64,000 bases of DNA from Candidatus Albibeggiatoa sp. nov. BB20 (lineage in GTDB: Bacteria > Pseudomonadota > Gammaproteobacteria > Beggiatoales > Beggiatoaceae), in NCBI RefSeq assembly GCF_016744725.1, contig NZ_JADGDW010000002.1:5614-69613 (forward strand), written 5' to 3'. The position numbers were made by a program, and so were the translations under genes. The notes under the pieces are model-generated. The model did not search any database. It was not told the origin of the DNA and saw only the letters and a program-made list of their open reading frames with translations. This document shows positions 18,017 to 26,673 of the stretch, in pieces. The number at the start of each line of letters is the position of its first letter. The stretch's first letter is position 1.

Positions 18017-19462
18017 ATGAAAGCAATCCTATTTGCCAACCGTGATGGGACTGACTTAGCACCACTAACAGATAAAACCAGTGTTGCCATGTTACCCATT
18101 GCTGCCAAACCCCTCATAGAATACGCACTAGAAAGCCTCATCATGACTGAGGTTAGAGAGGTTATCTTAGTTGTTTCCTATCATGCAGAACACCTAGAAA
18201 AACACGTTAAATGTGGCGAACGCTGGGGACATAGTGTTGAATATGTATTAGCACAGAATAATGAAAGCCCTGCTCATGTTTTAAAGCGCTTAGGTAATAC
18301 GTTGCAGGACGATGAGTATTTATTACTGCGGGCTGATATGTTGCAAAGCATTAATTTCAAACATTTTGTCGAGCAAGCAAAACAGCTTGATGTACCCGAA
18401 GTGGTTGCTACTATTGATAATCAGCCAATAGGAATGGCTTTATTGAATAAACATGCGTGCAAACACAGCCAACTATTAAATTGGGAAAGTATCAAACAAG
18501 CACAATTGTATGGTGCTGAGCAGATTGAGCTAGAAGGTCAATATTCACTATTGGATAGCTTACAAAGTTATTTTGAGACTAATTTTGCTGTGGCTCAGTT
18601 AACTTACAGTCACTTAGTGATTAATGGCCGCCAAATCAATGAAAAATTACGCACAGGCCGACGCAGTAAAGTGGCTGAGACCCAACATGCTTTAGTGGGT
18701 GATTATTGCAACATTCATCCACAAACCAAGCTTGAGAATGCAGTGTTAGGCCATGAAGTCATTATTGACCGCCATGCAACGATAAAAGACAGCTTGGTTT
18801 TAAACAATACTTACATTGGAGAAGGCGTTGAATTAGCCAATGCGATCGTATGGGGTAGTCAAGTAATCCGTCTTGATTTAGATGCAAAAGTGATCTTAAT
18901 GGATACACTACTTGTTGCTGATTTAAATCAAGTCCGTTTTAGTCAATTACTCTCCAATGCGGCCAGCCGAATACTGGGTTTAATATTATTATTGTTATCA
19001 CTACCACTGTGGCTTATTGCATTCTCATTTTCACTATTCAATATGCCAAAACCGCTATTTCACAAAGTGAAACTCCTAGGAAATAAACAACAAATCAATG
19101 ATGAAGGCCAATCTCAGCTATGTAGTTTCACCAGTTGGGAATGGTCAACTAAAATTCCTATTTTACGTTATTTACCGCGTTTATTTGCAGTGGCAATGGG
19201 ACATATTCATATTGTAGGGATTAGGCCTCCTAGCGCATTAAATCAATCTCCAATACACAATCATCAAATTACACCGATAGGACTGATAGGCCCTAGTCAA
19301 ATTGAAGTCCCCCGTTCTGCACCACAAGAAGAACATCATTTAGCTGAAGCCTACTATGTACGCACCCGTCGTTTCCGTTCTGATGTTGTGTGGTTAATTC
19401 GTGGCTGCATTGCTTTATTCACACCTAAAGCATGGACACCGATTAAAGAAGAGACTGTATGA
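18017..19462 (+). CDS. Fusion protein: divergent sugar-phosphate nucleotidyltransferase + left-handed beta-helix + membrane-anchored bacterial-sugar-transferase-like C-domain
   Basis: MKAILFANRDGTDLAPLTDKTSVAMLPIAAKPLIEYALESL is an NTP_transferase N-terminus in which the GxGTRL loop reads NRDGTDL. Hexapeptide repeats lie around VLGHEVIIDRHATIKDSLVLNNTYIGEGV. A TM segment (ILGLILLLLSLPLWLIAF) is followed by LPRLFAVAMGHIHIVGIRPP, which resembles the ELPQL..GDMSLVGPRP motif of phosphoglycosyl transferases. Confidence 0.6.
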   Translation: MKAILFANRDGTDLAPLTDKTSVAMLPIAAKPLIEYALESLIMTEVREVILVVSYHAEHLEKHVKCGERWGHSVEYVLAQNNESPAHVLKRLGNTLQDDEYLLLRADMLQSINFKHFVEQAKQLDVPEVVATIDNQPIGMALLNKHACKHSQLLNWESIKQAQLYGAEQIELEGQYSLLDSLQSYFETNFAVAQLTYSHLVINGRQINEKLRTGRRSKVAETQHALVGDYCNIHPQTKLENAVLGHEVIIDRHATIKDSLVLNNTYIGEGVELANAIVWGSQVIRLDLDAKVILMDTLLVADLNQVRFSQLLSNAASRILGLILLLLSLPLWLIAFSFSLFNMPKPLFHKVKLLGNKQQINDEGQSQLCSFTSWEWSTKIPILRYLPRLFAVAMGHIHIVGIRPPSALNQSPIHNHQITPIGLIGPSQIEVPRSAPQEEHHLAEAYYVRTRRFRSDVVWLIRGCIALFTPKAWTPIKEETV

Positions 19463-20040
19463 AGTTAAGAGTTAAAACCCTTGCCATCATGTTATTAAAA
19501 CCAATGGCATGGGTTGTAGAAAAATCAGCCAGTTTAAGCCGTTTATGGGCGCATACTCGCTTAGCCGTAAAACTAAAGCAGCCTATAGACAGCAGTATTG
19601 TGGTATTGGCATGTCCAGAAATCAGTGGCACAGCTCAAGTTCAATTAGGTAAAAATCTGTATTTATGGAGTGGGCTATACTGGGAAACACAAGCCCACGG
19701 TTTAATTGAAATTGCCGATGATGTGGTGATGTCGCGTGGCGTTCATATCGTTGCATTTGAGCGGATTAGTATTGGTAAAAGCACCATGATAGGCGAATAT
19801 AGCAGTATCCGAGATGCTAATCATCGGATTAATTCACAGCAACCGATTCGCTATTCTGGCCATGATAGTGCGCCGATTGAAATTGGCGAAAATGTATGGA
19901 TTGGACGCGGCGTGACAATCTTATCAGGAGTAAAAATTGGTGATAATGCAGTGATTGGGGCTAATGCAGTAGTGACAAAAGATGTTCCAGCGAATAATAT
20001 TGCGGTCGGAATTCCAGCTCAAGTGATTAAAACTTTATGA
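19459..20040 (+). CDS. Hexapeptide-repeat (LbH) acyl/acetyltransferase
   Basis: The C-terminal NVWIGRGVTILSGVKIGDNAVIGANAVVTKDVPANNIAVGIPA is typical of the family. The start overlaps the upstream stop (ATGA). Confidence 0.8.
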   Translation: MKLRVKTLAIMLLKPMAWVVEKSASLSRLWAHTRLAVKLKQPIDSSIVVLACPEISGTAQVQLGKNLYLWSGLYWETQAHGLIEIADDVVMSRGVHIVAFERISIGKSTMIGEYSSIRDANHRINSQQPIRYSGHDSAPIEIGENVWIGRGVTILSGVKIGDNAVIGANAVVTKDVPANNIAVGIPAQVIKTL

Positions 20041-21473
20041 CGACCTTGAATCAAGATATACCATTGTGTGTTGATTTAGACGATACCTTAGTTGCAACTG
20101 ATACCTTATGGGAAAGTATTTTTGCTCTATTACGCACCAATCCCCTGTATTGTTTGTTGCTACCGATTTGGATATTAAAGGGAAAAGCCTATTTTAAACA
20201 TCAAATTGCCCAACGCGTTAGTCTAAATGTTGCTATTTTGCCTTATCGTGCTGAGATTTTAGAATTTATCAAACAGCAAAAACAGCAAGGCCGTACATTA
20301 ATACTTGCCACCGCAGCTCATGAGACGATTGCCAATGCCGTTGCCCAGCATTTAAATATTTTTGATGATGTCATTGCAAATAATGAAAAAGTCAATCTTA
20401 AAGGGGTAAATAAACGCAATGAATTAGAAAAGCGTTATGGCTACCATGGATTTGATTATATTGGTGATTCAAAATCAGATATTCCTATTTTTCAAGCAGC
20501 GCGTATGCCTTATATTGTCACGGCATCTCAAACATTACTAAAAAAACTGAATTTTCCCTCACCTGAACAAATTTTCCCTGCAAAAGCCGTCAGCACTATG
20601 ACTTGGCTTAAAGTATTACGGGCACATCAATGGGTTAAGAATTTGTTAATTTTTGTGCCGTTGATTGTTTCGCATCAATTTCTTGTCGCAGATAAATTAT
20701 TCGCCAGCGTTTTAGCTTTTATCTCATTCAGCTTGATTGCTTCAGCAGGTTATATTTTCAATGATTTAATGGATTTAGAAGCTGATCGCCAGCATCCTAC
20801 AAAATGCAATCGTCCGTTTGCAGCAGGCAAAATTCCGATTCAGCGCAGCCTATTATTTTTCGTTGCCTTATTAATTTTAAGCAGCTTAATTAGTTTCATC
20901 TGGCTGCCATCAGGCTTTTTGGGCATATTGTTGCTGTATTTGTTATTGACGCTAACTTATTCTTTTTATTTAAAACGCAAAATGATTTTAGATGTCATTA
21001 TATTGGCTGGATTATTTACCCACCGAATTTTAGCAGGCGGCATGGCAGCCAGTATTTATATTTCTGATTGGTTACTGCTATTCTCGGTATTCTTTTTTAC
21101 CAGCCTCGCATTCTTAAAGCGTTATATTGAATTATTGCGTTTAAAAGATAAAAATGATAGAACTGGGGTTAAAAATAGAGATTACTATGTTTTAGATATT
21201 GATTTTGTTGCTAATTTTGGAACAACCAGTGCCTATATATCGGTTTTGGTTTTCGCTATGTATATTTATAGTGGTGCTTCTGAGAGATATGGGTCTCCAT
21301 TTATTTTATGGATGATTTGCCCCGCTCTTTTATATTGGACAACACGGGTATGGTTTTTGGCTAATCGGCGTAGTTTACAAGATGATCCCGTATTATTTGC
21401 CTTAAAAGATAGGGTGACTTGGGTGACAATATTCTTTATTTTAGCCATGATGTTTTTAGCAAAATTTGTTTAA
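20037..21473 (+). CDS. Fusion protein: HAD-superfamily phosphatase domain + UbiA-family polyprenyl-phosphate phosphoribosyltransferase-like domain
   Basis: HAD motif I is VDLDDTLV and motif IV is YIGDSKSDIPIF. The polytopic C-domain carries NDLMDLEADRQHPTKCNRPFAAGKI, the NDxxDxxxD...K..RP..G signature of the DPPR-synthase (Rv3806c-like) branch of UbiA. The start overlaps the upstream stop (ATGA). Confidence 0.7.
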   Translation: MTTLNQDIPLCVDLDDTLVATDTLWESIFALLRTNPLYCLLLPIWILKGKAYFKHQIAQRVSLNVAILPYRAEILEFIKQQKQQGRTLILATAAHETIANAVAQHLNIFDDVIANNEKVNLKGVNKRNELEKRYGYHGFDYIGDSKSDIPIFQAARMPYIVTASQTLLKKLNFPSPEQIFPAKAVSTMTWLKVLRAHQWVKNLLIFVPLIVSHQFLVADKLFASVLAFISFSLIASAGYIFNDLMDLEADRQHPTKCNRPFAAGKIPIQRSLLFFVALLILSSLISFIWLPSGFLGILLLYLLLTLTYSFYLKRKMILDVIILAGLFTHRILAGGMAASIYISDWLLLFSVFFFTSLAFLKRYIELLRLKDKNDRTGVKNRDYYVLDIDFVANFGTTSAYISVLVFAMYIYSGASERYGSPFILWMICPALLYWTTRVWFLANRRSLQDDPVLFALKDRVTWVTIFFILAMMFLAKFV

Positions 21474-21809
21474 TGCGGTGCTATTTTGAAAGTGAGCGAT
21501 TGAACATCATGATAAATCCTGCTCGCTTTTGAATCAGCTCTGACAGAACAGGATTCATGCTTTTGCAATCCTGTCTATAATTCAAATAATTATTATAGAA
21601 CTTTTCTGTATTTCCCCTATTTAAATAAAAATGGCAAACCTTGTTTATTGATATAGCCTTATTCTTTAGTGGCATCGAATTCAAAAAAAAGATTCATTGA
21701 AATCAGAATAAATACAAGACTTGATTTTTATTTGGAATATGTGACCATAACGGCGGAATTTTACAATATATAGGACGCGGATGCGTCTTTAAGAGGTTAA
21801 ACACTATTT

Positions 21810-23144
21810 ATGGCGCGTTATCATAGAAAAAAATTACCCAAAGACCCTGTCGAAACAGAAGTACAGCGTTTATCGCATGATGGAAGAGGGATTGCGCAAA
21901 TTGATGGCAAAACAATTTTTATTTCTGGTGCATTACCTAATGAAACGGTTTTATTTCGCTACACCAATAAGCAAAAGAATTTTGATGAAGGTATGACACT
22001 TGAGGTGTTAAAACCTGCACCAGAACGGGTTGAGCCACCTTGTGAGCATTTTGGAATTTGTGGCGGCTGTAGTTTGCAGCATTTATCACCTGCTGACCAA
22101 ATTCAATTAAAACAAGATATGTTGCTAGAGCAATTTGAGCATTTGGGTAAGGTTACACCTGAAAATATCATGTCACCATTACAAGCTGATAGCTTAGGCT
22201 ATCGGCGTAAAGCACGTTTAGGTGTACGTTATGTGTCTAAAAAACAATCAGTTTTAGTTGGGTTCAGAGAGCAGCAAAGTGGATTTCTTGCAGAATTAAA
22301 CCAATGTAAAGTGCTACACCCTTCCGTTGGTGAACGGATTATAGCTTTACGGGAAATGTTAACTCAGCTTACGGTGAAAGATAAAATTGCTCAAATTGAA
22401 GTGGCGGTGGGTGATGATAAAACCGCATTGGTGTTTCGGAATTTAGAGCCTTTGACCGCTGAAGATGAAAAATTACTATGTGACTTTGGTGAAGTGCATG
22501 ATTTGCTGATTTATTTGCAACCTAAAGGCCTTAATTCAGTTTATCCACTTTATCCACATAATTTGCCATTAGAAAGCTTGTCCTATTCGTTGCCAGATGA
22601 AAATGTTTCATTCCAGTTTGCAACTCATGATTTTACCCAAGTAAATATGGCAATTAATCGGATGATGGTGCAGCAAGCCATGAACTGGTTGCAACCACAA
22701 GCTGATGATGAAATATTGGATTTGTTTTGTGGCTTAGGTAATTTTACGTTGCCATTAGCCAAACGGGCTAAACATGTGATTGGAGTTGAAGGCAGTGATA
22801 GTTTAGTCAAGCGTGCCAAAGACAATGCACTCTCTCAAGGTATTTTTAATACGGAATATTACGTGGCGAATTTAGCAGAACAGCCTCTTGAGCATATTTG
22901 GATGCAACGAAGCTACGATAAAATATTGCTTGATCCACCTCGTAGTGGGGCAATGGAAATTATTCAAGCTTTAGACCTTAAGCAAACTAAAAGCATTGTT
23001 TATGTATCTTGCAATCCTGCAACGCTAGCGCGTGATGCGGGTATTTTAGTGAATGAGAAAGGCTTTAAATTAGTGCAAGCGGGTGTGATGGATATGTTTC
23101 CACATACAGCCCATGTGGAGTCCATGGCATTATTTGAGCGTTAG
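21810..23144 (+). CDS. rlmD: 23S rRNA (uracil1939-C5)-methyltransferase RlmD (RumA)
   Basis: 444 aa with a TRAM-like N-terminus, the Fe-S motif CEHFGICGGCSLQH and SAM-methyltransferase motifs LDLFCGLGNFTLPLA and LDPPRSG. Confidence 0.9.
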   Translation: MARYHRKKLPKDPVETEVQRLSHDGRGIAQIDGKTIFISGALPNETVLFRYTNKQKNFDEGMTLEVLKPAPERVEPPCEHFGICGGCSLQHLSPADQIQLKQDMLLEQFEHLGKVTPENIMSPLQADSLGYRRKARLGVRYVSKKQSVLVGFREQQSGFLAELNQCKVLHPSVGERIIALREMLTQLTVKDKIAQIEVAVGDDKTALVFRNLEPLTAEDEKLLCDFGEVHDLLIYLQPKGLNSVYPLYPHNLPLESLSYSLPDENVSFQFATHDFTQVNMAINRMMVQQAMNWLQPQADDEILDLFCGLGNFTLPLAKRAKHVIGVEGSDSLVKRAKDNALSQGIFNTEYYVANLAEQPLEHIWMQRSYDKILLDPPRSGAMEIIQALDLKQTKSIVYVSCNPATLARDAGILVNEKGFKLVQAGVMDMFPHTAHVESMALFER

Positions 23145-23178
23145 TCAAAGTGATATTTTGAGCCGTTTTTATAGATTA

Positions 23179-23209
23179 GGACTGCCAGCCCTTCAAGAAT
23201 TGGCAGTTC
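23179..23209. repeat. Solo hairpin related to the MITE core box
   Basis: ggactgcca-(13 nt)-tggcagttc forms a 9-bp stem (one G-T) between the convergent rlmD and pyrE 3' ends. Confidence 0.45.
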
Positions 23210-23304
23210 TGAAAATCTGAAAGTGAGATATATTGATAACAAATTAGGATGCAATCTATAACAGTTCAAATAATTTTTAGAATATGCATACTATTTCAAC
23301 CATT

Positions 23305-23946
23305 TCATACCCCATATTGTTCACGGTAAGCAGCAATTGCTTGTAATAGCACGTCATTTTCACCATGCTCGGTTAAATAATCGACAACATCCTGTAAATT
23401 AATAATACTCATCACCTGTGTATTAAACGTCTGTTCAACTTCGGTAATTGCAGACACATCGCCTTGGCCTTTTTCCTGACGGTTGAGTGAAATCATGACC
23501 CCAGCTAATTCCGCTTCTGCATTTTGAATAATGTGCATAGACTCGCGAATCGCTGTACCCGCACTGATGACATCATCAATCAATAAAATACGGCCTTTTA
23601 ATTCAGCACCGACTATTACACCGCCTTCACCATGATCTTTGACTTCTTTGCGATTAAAGCAGAGTGGATAATCTCGATTGTGGTGTTCAGCCAAGGCGAT
23701 CGCGGTCGCGGTTACTAATGGAATACCTTTATAAGCAGGGCCAAATAACACATCAAATTCAACACCTGCATCGACAATCGCATCAGCATAGAATTTGCCC
23801 AGCTGTGCCATGGTATCGCCTGTATTAAATAACCCAGCATTGAAAAAGTAAGGGCTTTTACGTCCTGATTTTAAAGTAAATTTACCGAAGCGTAAAACCT
23901 GCTGTTGAATTGCAAATTTTAAAAAACTATGCTGATAAGCTTGCAT
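23305..23946 (-). CDS. pyrE: Orotate phosphoribosyltransferase
   Basis: [40 protein letters not shown] parallels E. coli PyrE, and the PRPP motif [13 protein letters not shown] is present. The ATG is at 23946; the track start 23955 is TTG. Confidence 0.95.
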   Translation of the reverse strand: MQAYQHSFLKFAIQQQVLRFGKFTLKSGRKSPYFFNAGLFNTGDTMAQLGKFYADAIVDAGVEFDVLFGPAYKGIPLVTATAIALAEHHNRDYPLCFNRKEVKDHGEGGVIVGAELKGRILLIDDVISAGTAIRESMHIIQNAEAELAGVMISLNRQEKGQGDVSAITEVEQTFNTQVMSIINLQDVVDYLTEHGENDVLLQAIAAYREQYGV

Positions 23947-24283
23947 AATAAACAATTGACCTTTTTGTGTGTGAATGTCCCAATTGGGTATTTTAGATTA
24001 TTTTCGCCTATCTTGGTTAAAATACAATCGTTATCCTAAATTGAACCCAAACCAAAAGCCGTGAAATAATAGATTAAATAAAATTTAGAGAAACTAACCA
24101 CTTTTATCAAAACATTGTTTTCATTGATTTTTAAAAGTTTATTTGTAATCAAGATAATTCATTATTTATCAATTTCTGTTCAATTGTGAATCTTTGATCC
24201 ATTATATAGCTTAAAAGCACTTTCATAAAAATTATGTTATATTACGCACCGATTGTTCCTAATCAGAGTGAGCCTAAAAGCCT

Positions 24284-25018
24284 GTGAAACAAGTACGTGC
24301 ATTTATTCAATCATTACTTGGTAGCATTCGAGACTTAGCCCCCATCATCATCGTTATTGCATTTTTTCAACTCGTAATTCTCCGCCAACCGATTCCTGAT
24401 TTAGCCAATATTCTTGCGGGTGTAGCACTGGTCATGCTAGGGCTGACTTTATTTGTACAAGGATTGGAAATGGGGCTATTCCCGATAGGTGAAACTATGG
24501 CCTATGCCTTTGCACGTAAGGGAAGCGTGGTGTGGCTACTGATATTTGCTTTTTTACTTGGATTTGGAACAACCATTGCCGAACCCGCATTGATTGCGGT
24601 CTCGGCTGAAGCGGCTGATGTTGCTGCAACAGGTGGCGTTATAGGCAAAACCGAGCAAGCCAAAGCAGACTATGCAAATGGACTGCGTTTTACAGTTGCC
24701 TTATCGGTGGGGTTTGCAATCCTGATTGGGGTTATCAGAATTATTAAAGGTTGGCCTATTCATTATCTGATTATCATCGGGTATCTTGGCGTGGTGGTGA
24801 TGACAGGTTTTGCGCCCGAGTGGATTATTGGTATTGCTTATGACTCAGGCGGTGTGACCACCTCAACCATTACTGTGCCACTGGTCACTGCATTAGGTGT
24901 GGGTTTAGCCTCTAGTATTAAAGGACGAAATCCGATGGTCGATGGGTTTGGCTTAATTGCTTTTGCCTCATTAACCCCGATGATTTTTGTGATGTTGTAC
25001 GGAGTGATAACAAGCTGA
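24284..25018 (+). CDS. DUF1538-family polytopic membrane protein (copy 1)
   Basis: 244 aa with a GTG start and about 6 TM segments. The motifs [18 protein letters not shown] and [22 protein letters not shown] are repeated in the downstream paralog. The DUF1538 family name comes from memory. Confidence 0.7.
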   Translation: MKQVRAFIQSLLGSIRDLAPIIIVIAFFQLVILRQPIPDLANILAGVALVMLGLTLFVQGLEMGLFPIGETMAYAFARKGSVVWLLIFAFLLGFGTTIAEPALIAVSAEAADVAATGGVIGKTEQAKADYANGLRFTVALSVGFAILIGVIRIIKGWPIHYLIIIGYLGVVVMTGFAPEWIIGIAYDSGGVTTSTITVPLVTALGVGLASSIKGRNPMVDGFGLIAFASLTPMIFVMLYGVITS

Positions 25019-25824
25019 TGACATTACTTACCGAATTCTTATACCATTTTTTCTTCAATATCCTTAATACTTTAAAAGATGTATTACCAATTATTGGGAT
25101 TATTTTAGGCTTCCAATTTTTTGTGATTCGCAAAAGCATTCCTAATTTTGGACGGGTGATGCTGGGCTTTGTATATGTGATTCTTGGCTTAGCCTTATTT
25201 TTACAAGGATTAGAACAAGCCTTATTTCCATTGGGTAAACTGATGGCAGAACAACTCACTAATCCTGCCTTTATCGTCCCCAATTTGGTTGAAGGTGAAG
25301 AGTATATAGTGCATTGGCCAGATTATTTTTGGGTCTATATCTTTGCTGCTGCGATTGGGTTTGCGACTACAATTGCAGAACCTTCATTACTTGCTGTGGC
25401 GATGAAAGCTTCAGAAGTATCGGGTGGTACAGTGACCTTGTGGGGTTTACGGATTGCAGTGGCGATTGGGGTTGCGATTGGGATTGCACTGGGTACATTT
25501 CGGATTGTAACGGGCACACCGCTGCATTATTATATTATCGCAGGCTATGTTATTGTTGTGATACAAACATTCTATGCACCACGTTCCATTATTCCCTTGG
25601 CTTTTGACTCAGGTGGTGTCACTACCTCAACTGTGACAGTGCCATTAGTTGCGGCTTTGGGTCTAGGTTTAGCGGAAACCGTACCGGGACGTAGTGCTTT
25701 ACTCGATGGATTTGGATTAATTGCCTTTGCGAGCTTATTTCCTATGATGACCGTCATGGGCTATGCACAAATGGGACTCGCGATAGCAAAATATCGTGGT
25801 AAATTATCAGAATCAGACGATTAG
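25018..25824 (+). CDS. DUF1538-family polytopic membrane protein (copy 2)
   Basis: 268 aa, a paralog of the previous gene ([40 protein letters not shown]). The start overlaps the upstream stop (TGATG). Confidence 0.7.
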   Translation: MTLLTEFLYHFFFNILNTLKDVLPIIGIILGFQFFVIRKSIPNFGRVMLGFVYVILGLALFLQGLEQALFPLGKLMAEQLTNPAFIVPNLVEGEEYIVHWPDYFWVYIFAAAIGFATTIAEPSLLAVAMKASEVSGGTVTLWGLRIAVAIGVAIGIALGTFRIVTGTPLHYYIIAGYVIVVIQTFYAPRSIIPLAFDSGGVTTSTVTVPLVAALGLGLAETVPGRSALLDGFGLIAFASLFPMMTVMGYAQMGLAIAKYRGKLSESDD

Positions 25825-25834
25825 AGATGAAACC

Positions 25835-26185
25835 ATGCACTTTAAATTAATTATTGCTTTTATATCTGAAGATAAGACGGATAAGGTGTTAAAAACTGCA
25901 CGAGAACGTGGTGCAACAGGTGCGACTGTGATTAATCACGCTCGTGGCGAAGGGTTGAAACCAACCAAGACCTTTTTTGGCTTAAGTTTGGAAACCCAAC
26001 GTGATGTTGTCCTGTTTCTGGTTGAAGAGCATTTGTCACGTAAGATTTTAGAAAGTATCGCTGAAACTGGCGGCTTTGAAGAAGATGCTGGAGCAGGGAT
26101 TGCTTTTCAGGTTGATGTTGAAGATGCGATTGGCATATCACATCAAATGCGTAAATTGACTCAAGTTGTAGGGGATGAAATATGA
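25835..26185 (+). CDS. P-II-like signal-transduction protein
   Basis: About 116 aa from ATG 25835. MHFKLIIAFISEDKTDKVLKTARERGATGATVINHARGEG... has the PII-type beta-alpha-beta layout with a T-loop-like RGEGLKPTKTFFG. Confidence 0.65.
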   Translation: MHFKLIIAFISEDKTDKVLKTARERGATGATVINHARGEGLKPTKTFFGLSLETQRDVVLFLVEEHLSRKILESIAETGGFEEDAGAGIAFQVDVEDAIGISHQMRKLTQVVGDEI

Positions 26186-26607
26186 GCGATGAACAAAGCA
26201 TTGTTCGTGTACGTGATGTCATGAAAACGGAATTTGACCGCATTGATGGCACTACCACGGTTTCGGAAGCATTGACTTCGATGCAACATCCAGAAGTGCG
26301 CTTATTTGTAGTGAATAAACGTGATGAAGATGACGAATTTGGGATGCTGTTATTATCTGAAATTGCGCGTGAAGTGTTAGCAAAAGACCGTTCGCCTGAG
26401 CGAGTCAATGTCTATGAAATTATGGTCAAACCTGTTATTACAGTATCGCCTAGAATGGATATTCGCTACTGTGCGCGTTTGTTTAACCGATTTAAAGTGT
26501 CTCGTAGTCTCGTTGTTGAAAATGATGAAGTGATTGGCGTGGTCAGCTTCACTGATATTGTATTGCGTGGCATGTGCAATTTATATAATGTGTGCCCGAT
26601 TGGTTAA
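26182..26607 (+). CDS. CBS-domain pair protein
   Basis: 141 aa with two CBS motifs (VRDVMKTEF...FVVNKRD and VYEIMVKPVITV...LVVENDEVIGVVSFTDIV). The start overlaps the PII-like stop (ATGA). Confidence 0.8.
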   Translation: MSDEQSIVRVRDVMKTEFDRIDGTTTVSEALTSMQHPEVRLFVVNKRDEDDEFGMLLLSEIAREVLAKDRSPERVNVYEIMVKPVITVSPRMDIRYCARLFNRFKVSRSLVVENDEVIGVVSFTDIVLRGMCNLYNVCPIG

Positions 26608-26632
26608 AACGGCTCACTTACATGATTTGTAA

Positions 26633-26664
26633 GACTGGCAGCCCTTACTAAAGGGTTGCCAGTT
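26633..26664. terminator. Strong hairpin (MITE-core-derived), likely bidirectional terminator
   Basis: gactggcagccctt-acta-aagggttgccagtt forms a stem of about 14 bp (two G-T) with a 4-nt loop, between the convergent CBS-protein and pgi genes. A T-rich run (ttatttta) follows on the + strand. Confidence 0.5.
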
Positions 26665-26673
26665 CAGGTTATT

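Noticed and set aside
21481-21684. A 67-aa minus-strand ORF whose tail (NRGNTEKFYNNYLNY....NPVLSELIQKRAGF) loosely recalls the C-terminus of REP-associated tyrosine transposases (..Y...Y...NPV..GLV). That would fit the REP-like palindromes in the window.
   Set aside because: The resemblance is a handful of residues, no HUH motif or catalytic Tyr region is present, and the upstream sequence shows no further similarity in any frame. It is too weak to call. A blastx against RAYT/IS200 families would test it.
25314-25607. A 97-aa Cys-rich ORF (CCCDWVCDYNC...) that might look like a novel Cys-rich peptide.
   Set aside because: It lies entirely inside the second DUF1538 gene in an alternative frame. 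Its Cys/Asp/Trp richness comes from out-of-frame reading of GC-biased membrane-protein codons (GGT/TGC/GAT runs).
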